41,773 nt of DNA from Actinomycetota bacterium (GTDB taxonomy: Bacteria; Actinomycetota; AC-67), in contig VAWS01000050.1 in NCBI GenBank assembly GCA_005884515.1, positions 1 through 41,773 on the forward strand, read 5' to 3'. Positions 8,131 to 18,116 of this stretch are shown here, in pieces. Positions within the stretch are counted from its first letter, which is position 1. Each line of letters begins with the position of its first letter. Below the pieces are notes generated by a model. That model was given only the letters and a program-made list of their open reading frames with translations, searched no databases and was not told the origin of the DNA. The position numbers were made by a program, and so were the translations under genes.

Positions 8131-9122
8131 CGCGCCGCGCGCCGTCGCAATGCCAGCCCGACGGCCGCGCCCAGCGCGGTCACGCCGAAGAGGCGCTTCT
8201 TCGTGCTCAAGACGACCTCGGGACTGTGCGCGTGCGCGCGCGCATCGAAGTCGCCGTGCGCGCCGTGGTCGCCGGGAACAGGGCTGAACAGGTTGTTGGG
8301 TCGCGTCGGGTCCTCCGGTTCGTTGGTCTGTTGCGCCTTCACGCCGGTCAACGCCAGATACCGGTCGAGCAGCCCCGGAGCGACGTCGTTCGCCAGGATC
8401 GTCGCCGCAGTCGTCGCGCCGACCCAGCTCTCATGACGATGCGGATGGTCGGCGGCCCATGCGATCGCGCGCGCGGCGACCTCGGGCTGGTAGATCGGCG
8501 GCACCGGTTGCGCGCGGCGCGGCAGCCGCGACTTCACAACGGCGAACTGCGGCGTGTTCAGGGCCGGCAGCTGAACCATCGTGATATGCACGCCGCTCTG
8601 CTCGTGCAACAGCTCGCAGCGGACGGACTCGGTGAAGCCCTGGATCGCGTGCTTCGCGCCGCAGTACGCGGACTGAAGCGGGATCCCGCGGTACGCGAGC
8701 GCCGAGCCGACCTGCACGATCGCGCCGCGGTTGCGCGGCATCATGCGCGCCAGTGCGACCCGCGTCCCGTTCACGACGCCGTGATACGTCACATCGGTGA
8801 CGCGCTCGTACTCCTCCGGCGTGATCTGCCAGAAGGGCGCGAACACGCTCGTCATCGCGTTGTTGATCCACACGTCCATCCCGCCGAGCTCCGCCTCGAT
8901 CTGCGCCCCGGCTCGCTCGACCTGTTCCACGTCGGCAACGTCGGTCGGGATCGCAAGCGCGCGCCCACCGAGCTCCTCGACCTCTGCCGCCGTCGCTTTC
9001 AGGCCGTCTTCGCCCCGCGCCAGGACGCCGATGCGCCAGCCGCGCTCGGCGAAGACGCGCGCGGTCGCGCGCCCGACGCCCGACGTCGCCCCGGTGATGA
9101 CGACAACTTTCTGCGCTCTCAC
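8127..9122 (-). CDS. Short-chain dehydrogenase/reductase with C-terminal hydrophobic tail
   Basis: VVVITGATSGVGRA Rossmann motif and YCGAK catalytic motif. I prefer the GTG start at 9122 because a GGGAGG SD lies 4 nt upstream. The track start ATG 9164 falls inside the divergent promoter and its first codons are AT-rich at position 3. Confidence 0.85.
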   Translation of the reverse strand: MRAQKVVVITGATSGVGRATARVFAERGWRIGVLARGEDGLKATAAEVEELGGRALAIPTDVADVEQVERAGAQIEAELGGMDVWINNAMTSVFAPFWQITPEEYERVTDVTYHGVVNGTRVALARMMPRNRGAIVQVGSALAYRGIPLQSAYCGAKHAIQGFTESVRCELLHEQSGVHITMVQLPALNTPQFAVVKSRLPRRAQPVPPIYQPEVAARAIAWAADHPHRHESWVGATTAATILANDVAPGLLDRYLALTGVKAQQTNEPEDPTRPNNLFSPVPGDHGAHGDFDARAHAHSPEVVLSTKKRLFGVTALGAAVGLALRRRAAR

Positions 9123-9139
9123 GATGCCTCCCAGCGGCG

Positions 9140-9164
9140 GTTTCGCGACTGAAGTCACGGGCAT
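9140..9164 (+). promoter_or_regulatory. SigB/SigF-type promoter candidate, GTTT-N15-GGGCAT, for the 85-aa gene
   Basis: Plus strand reads GGTTTcgcgactgaagtcacGGGCAT. The -10 box ends 10 nt before ATG 9175, so the mRNA would be near-leaderless. Confidence 0.5.
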
Positions 9165-9174
9165 GCTTTTACGG

Positions 9175-9432
9175 ATGGAACATTCCCGTCACGAACCGCG
9201 CCCAACCAACCCCGACAAGCGCGGGCCGAGCGAGGATCCCGGCCACCCACAGCCGGAAGCGGCTGAGGTGGAGAGCGCACGGCTGCTCGCGAACGATGCA
9301 AAGGAAGCGCTGAAGCGCAAGGGGCTGAGCGAGCGCGAGATACGCCGCCTTGCCGACGAGTACATCGCGCTGGACAAAGGCGAAGGCGTTCCCGAGTTCA
9401 TCGCGTGGGCGCACCGGCACGCGCGCGCCTAG
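9175..9432 (+). CDS. Small charged hypothetical protein (85 aa)
   Basis: This is the tail of track ORF 8797..9432 (MEHSRHEPRPTNPDKRGPSED...LSEREIRRLADEYIALDKGEGVPEFIAWAHRHARA). Third codon positions are GC-rich. A promoter motif lies directly upstream. Confidence 0.6.
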   Translation: MEHSRHEPRPTNPDKRGPSEDPGHPQPEAAEVESARLLANDAKEALKRKGLSEREIRRLADEYIALDKGEGVPEFIAWAHRHARA

Positions 9433-12354
9433 CGCGACGCGCGTTTCTTCCGAGCAGCCCTGCCCGCCACCACCGCTGCGCCGGCCAGCGCTGCGCCGAT
9501 CGCGATGCGCGCGCGGCTTCGGTCACGCGTCCCGCCGTCTCGTTGCACATCGCTCTCCGGCGGCACCCGTGCAGGACCGCGGCCAGCCGCCATCGTGAGC
9601 ACCTGCGCGAGGTGCAGTCCGCGCCGGTGGGTCAGCTGTTCGATCTGCGTCTGACAGCTGAACCCGTCGGCCACCACGATCGTGTCGAGGCCCGCTTCTC
9701 GCACCGTGGGCAAGATGCCGTGCTCGCCTTCGCCGGCCTTGACCGACACCTCGTACCGCTCGCCGGCCTCGAAGCCGAACGACCCGGCGAGGCCGCAGCA
9801 CGTCGCCTGGACCTCCTGGACGTCGACCCCCATCTTCTTCAGCAGACCCGTGTCGGGATGCGTGCCCATCACCGAGCGGTGGTGGCAGTGACCGAAGTAC
9901 AGGGCGGTGCGCTTCAGCCGCGGCGGTGAGAAGGTGCGGTCGCTCAGGAACTCCGCGAGCGTGAACACCTGCTTGCTGAGCCGCTTCGCATCTTCGTCCA
10001 GCGGCAGTAGGTTCGGCAGCTCGTCGCGGAACACGGCGATGCAGCTCGGCTCCATGCCGACGATCGGCGTGCCGGCCGCGATCTCGTCCCGCAGCGCGCG
10101 CACGGTCTGGCGCAGCAGCCGCTTCGCAAGATCGAGCATGCCGTAGTCGTAGAGCGGACGGCCGCAGCAGAGGATCTTCGGCGGCAGCTCCACCCGGCAG
10201 CCGGCAGCTTCCAGCACCTCGACCGTGGCTCGCGCGACGTCGGTGTGGAAGAAGTTGTTGAACGTATCCGGCCACAGGATCACGCGGTCGCCGCCGGGGT
10301 TGCGCGCTTGATGCGTCTTGAACCACGCGCGGAAGGGCTGCTCGGCGAAGACGGGGGCATCGCGCTGCGGCGCGATACCGCCTGCTTTCTTCACCAGCGC
10401 GCTCACTCCGCGCGCGTGCGTGGCGAAGTTCGCGAGCCGTGGCGCGCGCGACGCGAGCCGAGACCACCAGTAGATCAGCCCGAGCGCGTACGCCTGCCGC
10501 GGCCTCATCCGGCCTTTGTAGTAGTGCGAGTAGAACTCTGCTTTGTACGTGGCCATGTCGACGTTGACCGGGCAGTCGCTCTTGCAGCCCTTGCACGCGA
10601 GACAGAGGTCGAGCGCCTCGTGCACCTCCTCCGAGCGCCAGCCGTCGGTGATGGTCTCGCCGCGCATCATCTCGAAGAGCAAGCGCGCGCGCCCACGCGT
10701 CGAGTGGATCTCTTCGCGCGTCGCCATGTAGCTCGGGCACATCGTCCCGCCCTCGTGACGCCTGCACTTGCCTACGCCGACGCACCGCAGCGACGCGTGC
10801 GCGAAGTCCCCCTTGTCCTCCGGGTACGCGAAGTGTGTCTTCACTTCGAGCGGCCGCCACTCAGGGCCCAGCCGAAGGTTCGACGTGATCGGGTACGGGT
10901 CGACGACCTTGCCCGGGTTCATCTTCCCGTCCGGATCCCAGATCGACTTGAACTCGCGGAACGCTTCGATCAGTTGCGGTCCGTACATCTTCGGCAGCAG
11001 CTCCGCGCGCTGCTGCCCATCGCCGTGCTCGCCGGAGAGGGAACCGCCGTACCCGATGACCAGATCGGCCGCGTCGTCGAGGAACGAGCGCCACTTCTCG
11101 ACGCCGGGCGCCGTGTAGAGGTCGAACGTGATGCGGCAGTGCAGGCACCCCTGACCGAAGTGGCCGTACAGCGCGCACTGGTAGCCGTACTCGTCCGTGA
11201 GCTTCCGGAAGTCGCGGAGGTAGTCGGCGAACTTGTCCGGCGGCACCGCCGAATCCTCCCAGCCCTCCCACGCGTCGGGTTTGTTCGGGATGAACGCCGT
11301 CGCGCCCAGGCCGCTCTCGCGCACCTTCCAGATGTGGGCCTCGTCCTTCGGATCGTTGAGCAGCCTGATGTCGGTCAGCGCCGTGTTCTTGCGCAGGTCA
11401 CGCATCACCTCGCGCGCGCGCGCGTCGGCTTCCTCTTTCGTCGCGCCGCCGAGCTCGATCATCAGCCAGCCGCGCCCGTCGGGCAGGTACGCAATGTCCT
11501 CGACGTTCATGCCTTTGGCGCGCGCGTCGTTGATCAGCTCTTCGTCCAGGCCTTCCAACGCAAGCGGTCCGTGCTGGACGATCGCCGGAACGTCGTCGGC
11601 CGCGGCGAAGATATCCTCGAACCCGGCCACCAGCAGCGATCGATGAGCGGGCCAGTCGACGAGCCGCATCGTCGCGCCGAGCACCGTAACGAGAGTGCTC
11701 TCGCTGCCGACCAGCGCGCGCGCGACGTTGAACCCGTTCTCCGGCAGCAGCTGGTCGAGGTTATAGCCGGAAACTCGCCGTGGGATCTGCGGGTAGCGCG
11801 CGCGGATCTCGTCTGCATACCTGTCGCGCAAGTCTCGGAGACGTCGATAGATCTCGCCGGCGCGGCCGCCTCTCTCGATGTGGTCAGATACGTCTTGGTC
11901 GGACGTCGGTCCCACGCGCATCCTGGTTCCGTCATAAAGCAAGGCGTCGAGCTCTTCGGTGTTTTCCGCGGTCTTGCCGCTCATCAGCGAGTGCGCGCTC
12001 GACGCGCGCGCGCTTGTCGTTCGGGAACAGCTCGAAGTGCTGCAGGTACTTCGAGCAGTCCATCACGACGGCGACGTTGCAGCTCTGGCCGGCGAGGCTG
12101 GTGCCGCCGCCGCGGCTCAGCACCGGGTAGCCGTGCGCGCGGCACGCCGCCACCGTCGCGACGACGTCGTCGACCGAACGCGGGACGACGACGCAGATCG
12201 GCACCTGCCGGTAGTTGGAGGCGTCCGTTGAGTAGGCGGCCCGGGAGCCGAGGTCGAACCGCACCTCGCCCGACACGGCCGCGCGCAGCGCGGCCTCGAG
12301 CGATGCCGCGTCGACCTCTCGCCCGCGCGCGACCGAGCGCGGCGCTCGTGTCAT
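9429..12354 (-). pseudogene. FAD-binding (GlcD-like) plus Fe-S/CCG-domain (GlcF-like) oxidoreductase, disrupted by an internal out-of-frame deletion
   Basis: Track ORFs 11932..12354 and 9429..11984 are the two halves. The first carries the N-terminal FAD domain (VLSRGGGTSLAGQ). The second carries the rest (CLACKGCKSDCP 4Fe-4S motif, CCGRP and CCGLAGSFG CCG motifs). About 40 residues between ...RARVE and AHSLMSGKT are missing relative to the family, and the frames differ by 1 nt. Confidence 0.75.
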
Positions 12355-12364
12355 CGGTCTCGCG

Positions 12365-14149
12365 TCATCGGTGCAGGAACTCCTCGATCTTGCCTTTGAA
12401 CCCCTGCCTTATCACCTCGCGGGCATCGGGATCCCCGGCCATGATCGACTTCATCAGCTTCTTCGCCTGGTTCCATTCGATGTGCGGCGGCAGCGGTGGA
12501 ACGTTGGGGTCGACGACGGCTTCGAGCAACACCGGCCGGTCCGACGCGAACGCGTCGTCCCAGGCCGGCCCGACGGCATCGGGCGAGTCGACGCGGATCC
12601 CCTTGAATCCCAGCATGCGCGCGTAGCCCGCGTAGTCGAAGTCAGGAATCGTCTGCGACGCTTCGAACTTCGGGTCGCCTTCCATCGCCCGCTGCTCCCA
12701 CGTCACCTGGTTCAGATCGCGGTTGTTGAGCACCAGGAAGATCAGGCGCGGGTCGCGCCACTCCTTCCAATAGCGGGCAACCGTCAGCATCTCGTTCATC
12801 CCGTTCATCTGGAACGCACCGTCGCCGACGAGCGCGATCGGCACGCGCTCCGGGTACGCGAACTTTGCCGCGATGACGTACGGCACGCCGGGACCCATCG
12901 TCGCGAGCGTCCCGGACAGCGAGCACATCATCCCGCGGCGGATCTTGATGTCGCGCGCGAACCAATTGGCCGCCGAGCCCGAGTCCGCCGCGAGTATCGC
13001 GTTGTCGGGCAGGCGCTTCGACAGTTCCCAGAACACGCGCTGCGGGTTTACCGGGTCGGCATCGTTCATCGCGCGAGCGTGGACGATCTCCCACCACCGC
13101 GTCACCTCTTCGGTGATCTTCTGCTGCCAGCTGCGGTCTTCCTTCCGCCTCAGCATCGGGAGGAGCGCGCGCAACGTCTCCGCGCTGTCACCCACAAGCA
13201 TGCAGTCCATCGGGTACCGGATGCCGATCATCGTCCCGTCGAGGTCGACCTGCACCGCGCGGGCCTGGCCCCACTCCGGCATGAACTGGCTGTACGGGAA
13301 GCTGGACCCCACCATGAGCAGCGTGTCGCAGTCCATCATCATGTCGTAGCTGGGTTTCGTTCCGAGCAGCCCGATCGAACCCGTGACGAACGGCACGTCG
13401 TCGGGTACCGCATCTTTCCCGAGCAGCGCCTTGGCGATGCCGGCGCCGAGCACATCGGCGACCTCCAGCACCTCGTCGGTGGCGTGCTTGGCGCCTTGCC
13501 CGACGAGCATCGCGACTTTCTTCCCTTCGTTCAGGATGTCCGCCGCCGCAAGCAGGTCGTGCTCGGTCGGAAGCACGCGCGGCTCGTTGTACCCCACGGT
13601 TCCCGGAACCATCTTGAACTTGTGCGGCGGCTCCTCTTCCGCCGGCATCTCCTGAATGTCGGTCGGGATGATCACGCACGTGACGGTTCGCATCGCGCGC
13701 GCGATGCGCATCGCGCGATCGATGAGATTCGGGAACTGCTGCGGCGAGGCGGCCATCTGCACGTACTCGTGCGCGACGTCTTTGAACAAGCTGACGAGGT
13801 CGACCTCTTGTTGGTAGTTCCCGCCGAGGGCGCTCGTCGGCTGCTGGCCCACGATCGCGACCACAGGCTGATGGTCGAGCTTCGCATCGTAGAGACCGTT
13901 CAGAAGGTGAATCGCGCCGGGCCCCGACGTCGCCAGGCACACGCCCACCTCGCCGGTCCACTTCGCGTGACCGGTCGCCATGAACGCCGCCATCTCTTCG
14001 TGGCGGACCTGGATGAACCGCGGATCGTTGTTCGCGCGCTCGAGCGCGCCGAGGATGCCGTTGATGCCGTCGCCCGGGTAACCGAAGATCCGGCGAACCC
14101 CCCACTCCCGGAGGCGGTCGACGATCAGATCGCTGACGGACATGCCCAT
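12365..14149 (-). CDS. Thiamine-diphosphate enzyme, pyruvate oxidase / pyruvate:quinone oxidoreductase (PoxB/Pqo)-like
   Basis: Contains IFGYPGDGINGILGAL, ATSGPGAIHLLNGLYDA and the GDGAFQMNGMNE TPP-binding motif. Start taken at ATG 14149 (MGMSVSD), 6 nt after an AAGGAGGAGG SD. Confidence 0.9.
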   Translation of the reverse strand: MGMSVSDLIVDRLREWGVRRIFGYPGDGINGILGALERANNDPRFIQVRHEEMAAFMATGHAKWTGEVGVCLATSGPGAIHLLNGLYDAKLDHQPVVAIVGQQPTSALGGNYQQEVDLVSLFKDVAHEYVQMAASPQQFPNLIDRAMRIARAMRTVTCVIIPTDIQEMPAEEEPPHKFKMVPGTVGYNEPRVLPTEHDLLAAADILNEGKKVAMLVGQGAKHATDEVLEVADVLGAGIAKALLGKDAVPDDVPFVTGSIGLLGTKPSYDMMMDCDTLLMVGSSFPYSQFMPEWGQARAVQVDLDGTMIGIRYPMDCMLVGDSAETLRALLPMLRRKEDRSWQQKITEEVTRWWEIVHARAMNDADPVNPQRVFWELSKRLPDNAILAADSGSAANWFARDIKIRRGMMCSLSGTLATMGPGVPYVIAAKFAYPERVPIALVGDGAFQMNGMNEMLTVARYWKEWRDPRLIFLVLNNRDLNQVTWEQRAMEGDPKFEASQTIPDFDYAGYARMLGFKGIRVDSPDAVGPAWDDAFASDRPVLLEAVVDPNVPPLPPHIEWNQAKKLMKSIMAGDPDAREVIRQGFKGKIEEFLHR

Positions 14150-14192
14150 GGGAAGCCTCCTCCTTGGGCGCATGGATGCTTTCAATCCGTCA

Positions 14193-14218
14193 ATGCCCAC
14201 GGCTAGAAAGCGCGAAAC
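14193..14218 (-). promoter_or_regulatory. SigB/SigF-type promoter candidate, GTTT-N16-GGGCAT, for the PoxB-like gene
   Basis: Minus strand reads GTTTcgcgctttctagccgtGGGCAT, 43 nt upstream of ATG 14149. Confidence 0.5.
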
Positions 14219-14238
14219 GATTCGAGGTTATGCGTGGG

Positions 14239-14925
14239 TCACGCGTGGAAGAGCTTGCCGGAGAGCTTCTTCACCACAAAGAGCTCGAGCCCGGACGGGA
14301 ACGCCACGCCGACGTCCACGAACGTCGCGCGCACCTGCGCGCGGCCCCGCGCCAAGATTACGATGTCCTCCTGCACGGTGATCGCGGCGCCGGCAGCCGT
14401 CAGGTTGGCAACGACGCGGAACGCGGTCACGACGCCCTTCACCGCGACGACTCGCCTCGTGACGGCGACCGACCGGATCGTCGCCGAGAGCCCTCGGAGC
14501 TTGAGCTGCTCGGCGATGACCGGCCGCACGGCGGCCGTTGCGCACGGGATGACGCGCCGCCCTTTCAGCGCGGCGACCGCCTTGGTCGCAAGCGCCGTCG
14601 TGCGCGAGAACACGACCTCGCTGGCGATCGTCTGCGCACCTTGGCCGAACACGTCGCCGAACACGTCTGCCGAGACCGATCTCGCCGGGTCGGGAGCGCC
14701 GATGCAGGCTGCAAGTTTCTTGTCCTCGCGGTCGGAAACGGGATCCGAGCGATGCCGCGACGCCCGCCACCCCGGCGGCATGTCGACCTGCGTTAGAAGG
14801 AGCAGGCGCGCGCGGCCGGCGTCGTTCGTCGGCGTCGGAGGTACGGACGCCTTCGGCGTGCCGCCGCTGCACGCGACGAGGATCGCTGCGAGCGCGAGCG
14901 CCGGGAGCCGCACGAAAAGCTTCAT
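14239..14925 (-). CDS. Lipoprotein of unknown function
   Basis: 228 aa. The signal peptide carries a lipobox (LAAILVACSGG). Confidence 0.8.
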   Translation of the reverse strand: MKLFVRLPALALAAILVACSGGTPKASVPPTPTNDAGRARLLLLTQVDMPPGWRASRHRSDPVSDREDKKLAACIGAPDPARSVSADVFGDVFGQGAQTIASEVVFSRTTALATKAVAALKGRRVIPCATAAVRPVIAEQLKLRGLSATIRSVAVTRRVVAVKGVVTAFRVVANLTAAGAAITVQEDIVILARGRAQVRATFVDVGVAFPSGLELFVVKKLSGKLFHA

Positions 14926-14954
14926 CGCCGGGTCAGTCTAGAGGGCAGCACCCC

Positions 14955-14960
14955 TATACT
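14955..14960 (+). promoter_or_regulatory. -10 box (TATACT) placed for a leaderless transcript starting at ATG 14969
   Basis: TATACT is followed by 8 nt and then ATG 14969. No SD is present. Confidence 0.3.
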
Positions 14961-15018
14961 TCGCGCCCATGACGACGGTGCACGCCGCGTTCGGCATCGT
15001 TTCGGCCGCCGCCGTCGC

Positions 15019-15330
15019 GTGGTCGTCTTGTGGGCGATCGCCGCCAGGCTCCGGCACCGCGCGCCCGGCGTGTGGTTCGAGCGGGCCACGCTCAGCGCCG
15101 CCGCGCTGCTCGGGCTGCAGGTTCTCTTCGGCCTCATCCTCCTGGCCGCGAGTCACCGTCGCAGCGCCCTGCACTATGTGTACGGGATCGCAGCGCTCAT
15201 CGTCATCGTCGCGGGGTCGGCGCTCGCGCGCGCGCTCGAGCGCGACCGCTGGGTCGTCCTCGCCTGGGCGGCGTTCATCGCAGGGCTGCTCGTCCTACGC
15301 GCGCTGATGACCGGCTATCAGAAAGCCTGA
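15019..15330 (+). CDS. Integral membrane protein (3-4 helices); possibly frameshifted at its 5' end
   Basis: 103-aa track ORF with a GTG start and three clear helices. ATG 14969, in another frame, encodes MTTVHAAFGIVSAAAVA, which would complete a first helix if one base were added near 15015-15020. Confidence 0.65.
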   Translation: MVVLWAIAARLRHRAPGVWFERATLSAAALLGLQVLFGLILLAASHRRSALHYVYGIAALIVIVAGSALARALERDRWVVLAWAAFIAGLLVLRALMTGYQKA

Positions 15331-15332
15331 CC

Positions 15333-15758
15333 ATGGCGCGCGAGTTCTACGAAGACGTCTCCGACGCACTGGCGAGCTTCCTTCCGCCCGGCCTGCGCGG
15401 GTACGGCTCCACGATCTCCGGGCGCAACCTCAAAGTCTGGTTCGGCGACGACCCGCACGAGCACTACGAGGTGCAGGCGCTCGGCCGAAGCAAGCTCGAG
15501 ATCGGTTTCCACGCCGAGTACTCGGCCGAAGCGCGGAACGAAGCGGTCATCGACGTGTTGCGCGCGCGGCAGAAGACGTGGCGGCGCGCGCTCGGCGCAG
15601 ACGCGGAGACCGGACGGTTCCTCGGCCGCAAGGACTGGCGACGCCTGTCGGAGGTCTGGGAGGGTCCCGGGCTCGACACCGGCGAGGCCGCAGTCGAGGC
15701 GGCGGAGCGTCTGGCCCGCTACATCACGACGCTCGAGAAGATCCGCGGTGCGACGTAA
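15333..15758 (+). CDS. Hypothetical cytoplasmic protein (141 aa)
   Basis: Tail of track ORF 15030..15758, from MAREFYEDVSDAL. Codon usage is coding-like. It starts 2 nt after the preceding stop. Confidence 0.7.
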   Translation: MAREFYEDVSDALASFLPPGLRGYGSTISGRNLKVWFGDDPHEHYEVQALGRSKLEIGFHAEYSAEARNEAVIDVLRARQKTWRRALGADAETGRFLGRKDWRRLSEVWEGPGLDTGEAAVEAAERLARYITTLEKIRGAT

Positions 15759-15761
15759 GGG

Positions 15762-17450
15762 TCAGACCGTCTCTGCGTGCACCGCGTCGGCCGGGACCTC
15801 GTCGCGCTTCTGGAACGGCAGCATCGCCTCCGCGTTCAGCGCCGCGATCCCGAGCGCAGCGATGTCGATCGCCGACCGGTAGATCGCGTAGCGCGGAACC
15901 CAGCGGGGTCGGAACTTCTTATTGAACTTCCGCAGCGTGTCGATCTGGATGTACGAGGGCAGCTTCTTGATGATCCACGCCGCCAACGCTTCGACCTTCC
16001 CGATCTCAGCGTCCTTCTCGAGCATGTTCCGGAACGCCGCGAAGTTCAGAGAGACTTCGCCGACGCCGTGCGCGCGCCCCCACTCCACGATGTCGACGAT
16101 CATGCGCTCGTTGACGCCGCCGGGCACCCCCGTGTCGCGCCGCATCGCGTCGAGGGACAAGCCGCCGCCGGCTTTGCACGGTACGTACCGCTGGAACGCG
16201 ATCGGCGCGCCTTCGCCGTCGCGGCACACGATCAAGACGGTGTCGGGATCGCGTCCGGTGAGCAAGCCGTCGAGCGCCATCGAGAAGCCGCGCTCGGGCG
16301 CACCGGCTTTGTGGCGGTCGGAGATCCCAATCAGCGCACGCCGGAGCGTCGGATCGAGCTGCCCTTCCCGGTGGACCTCCGTCGCGACCCCTGCGCGCGC
16401 GCTGTGCGCAACGGACTGGCGCACGTTGCGCATCTTCCGGCCCTCGAGGCTGAACGAGGGAACGTCGATGATGGCTTCGTCGCCGATGTAGATGCTCTTC
16501 AACCCGGCACGCTCGTACAAGGGAAGACGATCGACGCGCGCCCCGTACACGGCGGGCCGCCAGCCCGATCGCTCGCAGAGCTGAACGAAGGCGTCGATCG
16601 CGCCCTGGAAGGCCGCCGGGTCGCCGACCGGATCACCGGACGCGAGGCCGACGCCGTTCAGGTAGCGGTAGGCGACGACGGCGCGGCCGTCGGGCGAGAA
16701 CACGTACCGCTTATCCCGTCGCAACGCGAACGGATCCAGTGTGTCGCCGTCCTTGCGATCGACCATCGCGCGCACATTGTTCCGCTCGTCGCGGCGCCCT
16801 CCGGCGCGCTCGGCCACCGGCGCGAGAACGAGCGACACGATGTACGCGATGCTGAACGCGCCCAGCGCGGTGATCGAGAGCGGGAACCACTTGCCGAAGA
16901 AGCGGCCGTCTATCGAGAGCGGGCCCGTCATCCCGATGAGGCGAGATCCGGTCTCAACGATCGCGCGCGTGAACGTGAGGTGGGGGTGCAGAAGGCCGCG
17001 CCGGAGGAACAGCCCGCCCATCCCGTACGCGAAGTCGATCCCGACGACGACCGGCACGACCCTCGCGAGCGTGTGCCAGCGCAGCGGATTCGGTCCGGCG
17101 ATGAAGATCCGCCGGTTCCAGAAGAGCGTGATGGCAAGGATCGCGGTCAGTCCCGCCTCTTCGACGTCCAGGCCCTTCACCAGGTGGGTGCCGGTCGACA
17201 GCACCAGCGTCGCCAGCGCGACCTGATACGCGATCTGCTTTCGCTGGGAGACGGCCCGGCCGACGAGCAGCAGCGCGACACCGAGGACCGCGGTGGCGCC
17301 GGCCGCGATCTCAGACGACAGCGGCGTGACGAGCTCGCGAAGCGTTGCGAAGCGGTCGCTGAGCGACGGGGTTATCGCGGAGACGATGTTGATGATCCCG
17401 ACCAGCGAGACGGCCAGCCCGAGCAGCCGTGCCTTGGATCTGCTTTTCAC
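15762..17450 (-). CDS. MprF-like phosphatidylglycerol lysyltransferase (membrane domain plus DUF2156/LPG-synthase C-terminal domain)
   Basis: 562 aa with a GTG start. The N-terminal part has multiple helices. The C-terminal part (DPFALRRDKRYVF, GLASGDPVG, VSLNFAAFR, FNKKFRPRW) matches the aminoacyl-PG synthase domain. Confidence 0.85.
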   Translation of the reverse strand: MKSRSKARLLGLAVSLVGIINIVSAITPSLSDRFATLRELVTPLSSEIAAGATAVLGVALLLVGRAVSQRKQIAYQVALATLVLSTGTHLVKGLDVEEAGLTAILAITLFWNRRIFIAGPNPLRWHTLARVVPVVVGIDFAYGMGGLFLRRGLLHPHLTFTRAIVETGSRLIGMTGPLSIDGRFFGKWFPLSITALGAFSIAYIVSLVLAPVAERAGGRRDERNNVRAMVDRKDGDTLDPFALRRDKRYVFSPDGRAVVAYRYLNGVGLASGDPVGDPAAFQGAIDAFVQLCERSGWRPAVYGARVDRLPLYERAGLKSIYIGDEAIIDVPSFSLEGRKMRNVRQSVAHSARAGVATEVHREGQLDPTLRRALIGISDRHKAGAPERGFSMALDGLLTGRDPDTVLIVCRDGEGAPIAFQRYVPCKAGGGLSLDAMRRDTGVPGGVNERMIVDIVEWGRAHGVGEVSLNFAAFRNMLEKDAEIGKVEALAAWIIKKLPSYIQIDTLRKFNKKFRPRWVPRYAIYRSAIDIAALGIAALNAEAMLPFQKRDEVPADAVHAETV

Positions 17451-17489
17451 GCCCAGAGGCTATCGAGAAAACAGGGCGAAGGGGAGGGC

Positions 17490-18029
17490 TCAGGAGAGGG
17501 GCAACGTAGGCTGTTCGCGCCCTCCCGGATAGACAACTGCGGCTCCCTCGACGACGGCTCCCTTCGTCAGCTCGTGGGGCCTCCGGGTCCGTGCATCCAT
17601 GATGTGCTCGACGCGTACCCCCCGAGCCGTGAGCGCGTCGGCGAGCAGCGACCGATGGCACCGCCACGGGACCGCTTCGGCGCACATGACGGCGACCACC
17701 GCTCGCTCGCCTTGTTCGAGCAGCCGGTCGAGCGCCCGCACGAAGCCCGGCGTCGACATGTGGTCGGCGTACCCGCGGAACTGCGCGTTGCGAAGCCCCT
17801 CGTTGCGCGCGTCGCCGTAGGGTCGGCGGCGGCCGCCGAGATCGACGGTGTGCTCGTAGGTGATGCCTTCCTCCGTCAAGGCACCGGCGAGGGTCTCCTT
17901 GTTGAACTGCGGCTGCCGGCGTGAGCCGGGGAAGCGGCGGATGTCGACCAGCAGCGTGACGCCGTGCGCGCGCAGCATGTCGATGAAGTCGTCGAGCGTG
18001 CGTGTGGAGTGCCCAATCGTGAGGATCAC
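17490..18029 (-). CDS. DUF488 family protein
   Basis: ILTIGHSTRTLDDFIDMLRAHGVTLLVDIRRFPGSRR and the CAEAVPWRCHR motif. The track TTG start at 18071 lies inside a terminator hairpin, so GTG 18029 is preferred. Confidence 0.8.
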   Translation of the reverse strand: MILTIGHSTRTLDDFIDMLRAHGVTLLVDIRRFPGSRRQPQFNKETLAGALTEEGITYEHTVDLGGRRRPYGDARNEGLRNAQFRGYADHMSTPGFVRALDRLLEQGERAVVAVMCAEAVPWRCHRSLLADALTARGVRVEHIMDARTRRPHELTKGAVVEGAAVVYPGGREQPTLPLS

Positions 18030-18069
18030 GTCCTCCTGCTTACCCGCCTCGCGCGCGCGGCGCCAAAGC

Positions 18070-18100
18070 AAGGAGTCCGGCGCGGTGCGCCGGACTCCTT
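18070..18100 (-). terminator. Intrinsic terminator hairpin after the LPXTG protein gene
   Basis: A 13-bp perfect stem, AAGGAGTCCGGCG (18070..18082) with CGCCGGACTCCTT (18088..18100), and a 5-nt loop. On the minus strand GCTTTGG follows. Confidence 0.6.
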
Positions 18101-18116
18101 TGGATCTTGTTCGGTC

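Noticed and set aside
18069-18071. TTG start for the DUF488 gene (track ORF 17490-18071), and the ATG 9164 start for the SDR
   Set aside because: TTG 18071 lies inside the 13-bp terminator stem of the upstream gene. ATG 9164 lies inside the -10 box of the divergent promoter and is followed by AT3-rich codons, while GTG 9122 has a GGGAGG site 4 nt upstream.
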